Shown here: piece after piece, positions 61,240 through 64,000 of the stretch | How the letters are laid out: every line of letters begins with the position of its first letter | Numbering within the stretch: the stretch's first letter is position 1 | NCBI GenBank assembly: GCA_950097015.1 | Contig: CATNEN010000028.1 | Coordinates: 930,001 to 994,000, forward strand | Source: Macrostomum hystrix | Taxonomy: Eukaryota; Animalia; Platyhelminthes | Length of the DNA: 64,000 nucleotides | Reading direction: 5' to 3' | Position numbers and translations under genes: made by a program | The notes under the pieces: model-generated | The model's database searches: none | The model's input: only the letters and a program-made list of their open reading frames with translations | What the model was told of the DNA's origin: nothing

Positions 61240-61675
61240 AGGAGAGGGGGAGAATATGGAAAGGAGAGAGGAAGAAGGAGAGGAGAAGGATGAGAGAGGA
61301 AGGAGGAGAGGGGAAGGAGGAGAGGGGAAGGAGAGGGGAAGGAGAGGGGAAGGAGAGGGGAAGGAGAGGGGAAGGAGGAGAGGGGAAGGAGAGGGGAAGG
61401 AGGACGGGTAAGTAGGAGAGAAGGAGGATAGAAGAAGGATGAGAGGGGAAGGAGGAGATGAGAAGGAAGAGAGGGGAAGGAGGAGAGGGGAAGAAGAGGG
61501 GAAGGAGAGGGGAAGGAGGAGAGGGGAAGGAGAGGGGAAGGAGAGGGGAAGGAAAGGGGGAAGGAGGAAAGGGGAAGGAGAGGGGAAGGAGGAGGGGGAA
61601 GGAGGAGAGGAGAAGGAGGAGAGGGGAAGGAGGAGAGGGGAAGGAGGAGAGGGGAAGGAGGAGAGAGGAGTGGGA
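61240..61675. repeat. Polypurine low-complexity tract (GGAGAGGGGAA-based)
   Basis: Almost pure A/G on the + strand. Confidence 0.9.
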
Positions 61676-62084
61676 GATACAATACTTTTATATAATTGAG
61701 TGTTAACAGATTTTAGGCAATCGGAGAATCAGACACAGGCTGGGCAGTGGCGCATATATTGCACAATAGTCCAAATTCAGTTCCACTGTAAAGCAAGATG
61801 ATTGGCTGATCCCGAAGCAGCACATAAGTGGCCTCTCTAACTTGACCGAATATGTATGCAATGCGAAACACTTTGCTGCCACTTTAGCTGTGGATCGGCT
61901 CACAAGCAAATTTTGAAACATATTTTGTCAAGTATCTCAGCAGCAATATAGTTCTGGGACCCATTGCTTTCTAACGCTGTATGCAATGCAAGCTGACGGA
62001 GGACATCAACAAGGTGAGGCTAATAAACATTAAATAGGTATTTCCTTTTTTATTAACTTTAACTGTCCTGAAGGTATTGAGATT

Positions 62085-63405
62085 GGATTGGATTGAGAAT
62101 AGACTGAGATCAGATTGAGAATAGGCTGAAATCAGATTGAGTATAGGCTGAGATTGGATTGAGAATAGACTGAGATCAGATTGAGAATAGGCTGAGATCA
62201 GATTGAGTATAGGCTGAGATTGGATTGAGAATAGACTGAGATCAGATTGAGAATAGGCTGAGATCAGAATGAGTATAGGCTGAGATTGGATTGAGAATAG
62301 AATGAGATCAGATTGAGAATAGACTGAGATCAGATTGAGAATAGACTGAGATCAGATTGAGAATAGAATGAGATCAGATTGAGTATAGGCTGAGATTGGA
62401 TTGAGAATAGAATGAGATCAGATTGAGTATAGGCTGAGATTGGATTGAGAATAGAATGAGATCAGATTGAGAATATACTAAGTTTATATTGAGAATAGAC
62501 TGAGATTAGATTGAGAATAGACTGAGGCTGGATTGAGAACATACAGGGATTAGATTGAGAATAGACTGAGATCGGATTGAGAATAGACTGAGATTAAATT
62601 GATAATAGACTGAGAATAGACTGTGTTCATATTGAGAATAGACTAAGTTAAGATTGAGAATAGACTAAGTTTAGATTGAGAATAGACTAAGTTAAGATTG
62701 AGAATATACTAAGTTAAGATTGAGAATAGACTGAGCTCATATTGAGAATAGATTAAGTTAAGATTGAGAATAGACTAAGTTTAGATTGAGAATTGACTAA
62801 ATTTAGATTGAGAATAGACAAAATTAAGATTGAGAATAGACTGAGGCTGGATTAAGAACATACTGAGATTAGATTGAGAATAGGCTTAGATTGGATTGAG
62901 AATAGACGGAGATTGGATTGAGATTAGACTGAGATTGGATTGAGAATAGACTGAGATTAGATTGAGAAAAGACTGAGATTGGATTGAGATTAGACTGAGA
63001 TTGGATTGAGAATAGACTGAGATTAGATTGAGAAAAGACTGAGATTGGATTGAGAATAGACTGAGATTAGATTGAGAAAAGACTGAGAACAGGCTGAGAT
63101 CAGATTGAGAAAAGACTGAGATTGGATTGAGATTAGACTGAAATTGGATTGAGAATAGACTGAGATTGGATTGAGATTAGACTAAGATTGGATTGAGAAT
63201 AGACTAAGATTGGATTGAGAATAGACTGAGATTGGATTGAGAATAGACTGAGATTGGATTGAGAATAGACTAAGATTGGATTGAGAATAGACTGAGATTG
63301 GATTGAGATTAGACTGAGATTGGATTGAGATTAGGCTGAGATTGGATTGAGAATAGACTAAGAATGGATTGAGAATAGACTAAGATTGGATTGAGAATAG
63401 ACTGA
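62085..63405. repeat. 22-bp minisatellite (GATTGAGAATAGACTGAGATT[G/A])
   Basis: About 60 variably diverged copies abutting a LINE 3' end. Confidence 0.93.
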
Positions 63406-63409
63406 CTTG

Positions 63410-64000
63410 ACTTAGCTGCAGGGGGCATCCTTCGGATGCAGCGGGGAGGCGTTGCCGCCCATTCCGCTAGTCCCTGGCGACCACGGGCAACTAAAGCTGC
63501 GGTGTCGCGCAGGGGGATCCGGTGATGCCGGCGTCCGCAGCGCGGTCCTCCTCCGGAGAGTCCAGGAGGTGGAGGGTTGCTCGCCCGGTGGCCCTTAGGT
63601 AACGGACGAGCTGGCAGATGTTTTCAGGCCTTAAAACGTCGGGCAGATCCGGGTTTGGGCCGAGATAGGTGAGCCTGTCCTGAGTGAAGGCGGGATGTCC
63701 TGATTTGCAGTCGCAAATAAAATGCTCTGCATCCTCAACATAGGCGAGGCAGAAGGGGCATTCCTCACTGCGGATTTTGCCTTGCAGGAAGCGGTGCCTG
63801 GCTAAACAGCCGTGGCCAGAGAGGGCCATGGTGACTGCCCTGATGTCCCTGCGGTTAAGCCCAAGCAAGGCTTTGCGAAGGGCAGTAGAGGGACAAGGGA
63901 CAGCAGCGCGAGACTACCGACAATCGGCAGTATCGATCCATCTGTCCTTGTGCTTTGAGGCCACCCACTGGTTAATCCGAGTGTTGACGACGGCGGTAGG
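63410..64000 (-). mobile_element. Non-LTR retrotransposon ORF2 C-terminus and 3' UTR (Loa/R1/I-group-like)
   Basis: [19 protein letters not shown]....[24 protein letters not shown]...PAF..DRL.YLG is the post-RNase H CCHC finger typical of I-group LINEs. An upstream in-frame stop indicates decay; the element continues beyond the window. Confidence 0.8.

Noticed and set aside
61203-61706. Pro/Ser-rich and Gly/Glu/Arg-rich ORFs
   Set aside because: A polypurine/polypyrimidine low-complexity tract.

Overview
Eukaryotic (animal) genomic DNA with GC-rich exons, AT-rich spacers, spliceosomal introns and roughly 30% of bases in minisatellites (by-eye tally). This composition suggests a flatworm such as Macrostomum; that is inference, not an identification. 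Genes I can support, in order: SPATA6-like (-, 2 exons); a Tctex1-domain dynein light chain (-); four intronless ecdysteroid-kinase-like/choline-kinase-fold (EcKL) genes, one with a 1-bp frameshift; a second, ~99% identical Tctex1-domain gene in inverted orientation (+); protein kish/TMEM167 (-); MRPL37 (-, 4 exons, probable GC-AG intron); an uncharacterised coiled-coil gene (+, 4 exons); and WDR33 (+, 11 exons), in which 7 of 10 introns each hold an unrelated minisatellite. Mobile DNA includes tRNA-derived SINEs, two non-LTR retrotransposon 3' fragments, a 420-bp CACTA/EnSpm-type MITE with a 2-bp TSD, and decayed retroelement-like pieces. The most striking structure is a ~12-kb gene-level palindrome (Tctex<-EcKL ... 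EcKL->Tctex). Its spacers are unrelated, but its coding sequences carry sharply bounded near-identical tracts, suggesting ongoing arm-to-arm gene conversion. No CRISPR array, rRNA or true tRNA was found. Most long ORFs in the supplied track are artefacts of stop-free tandem repeats.
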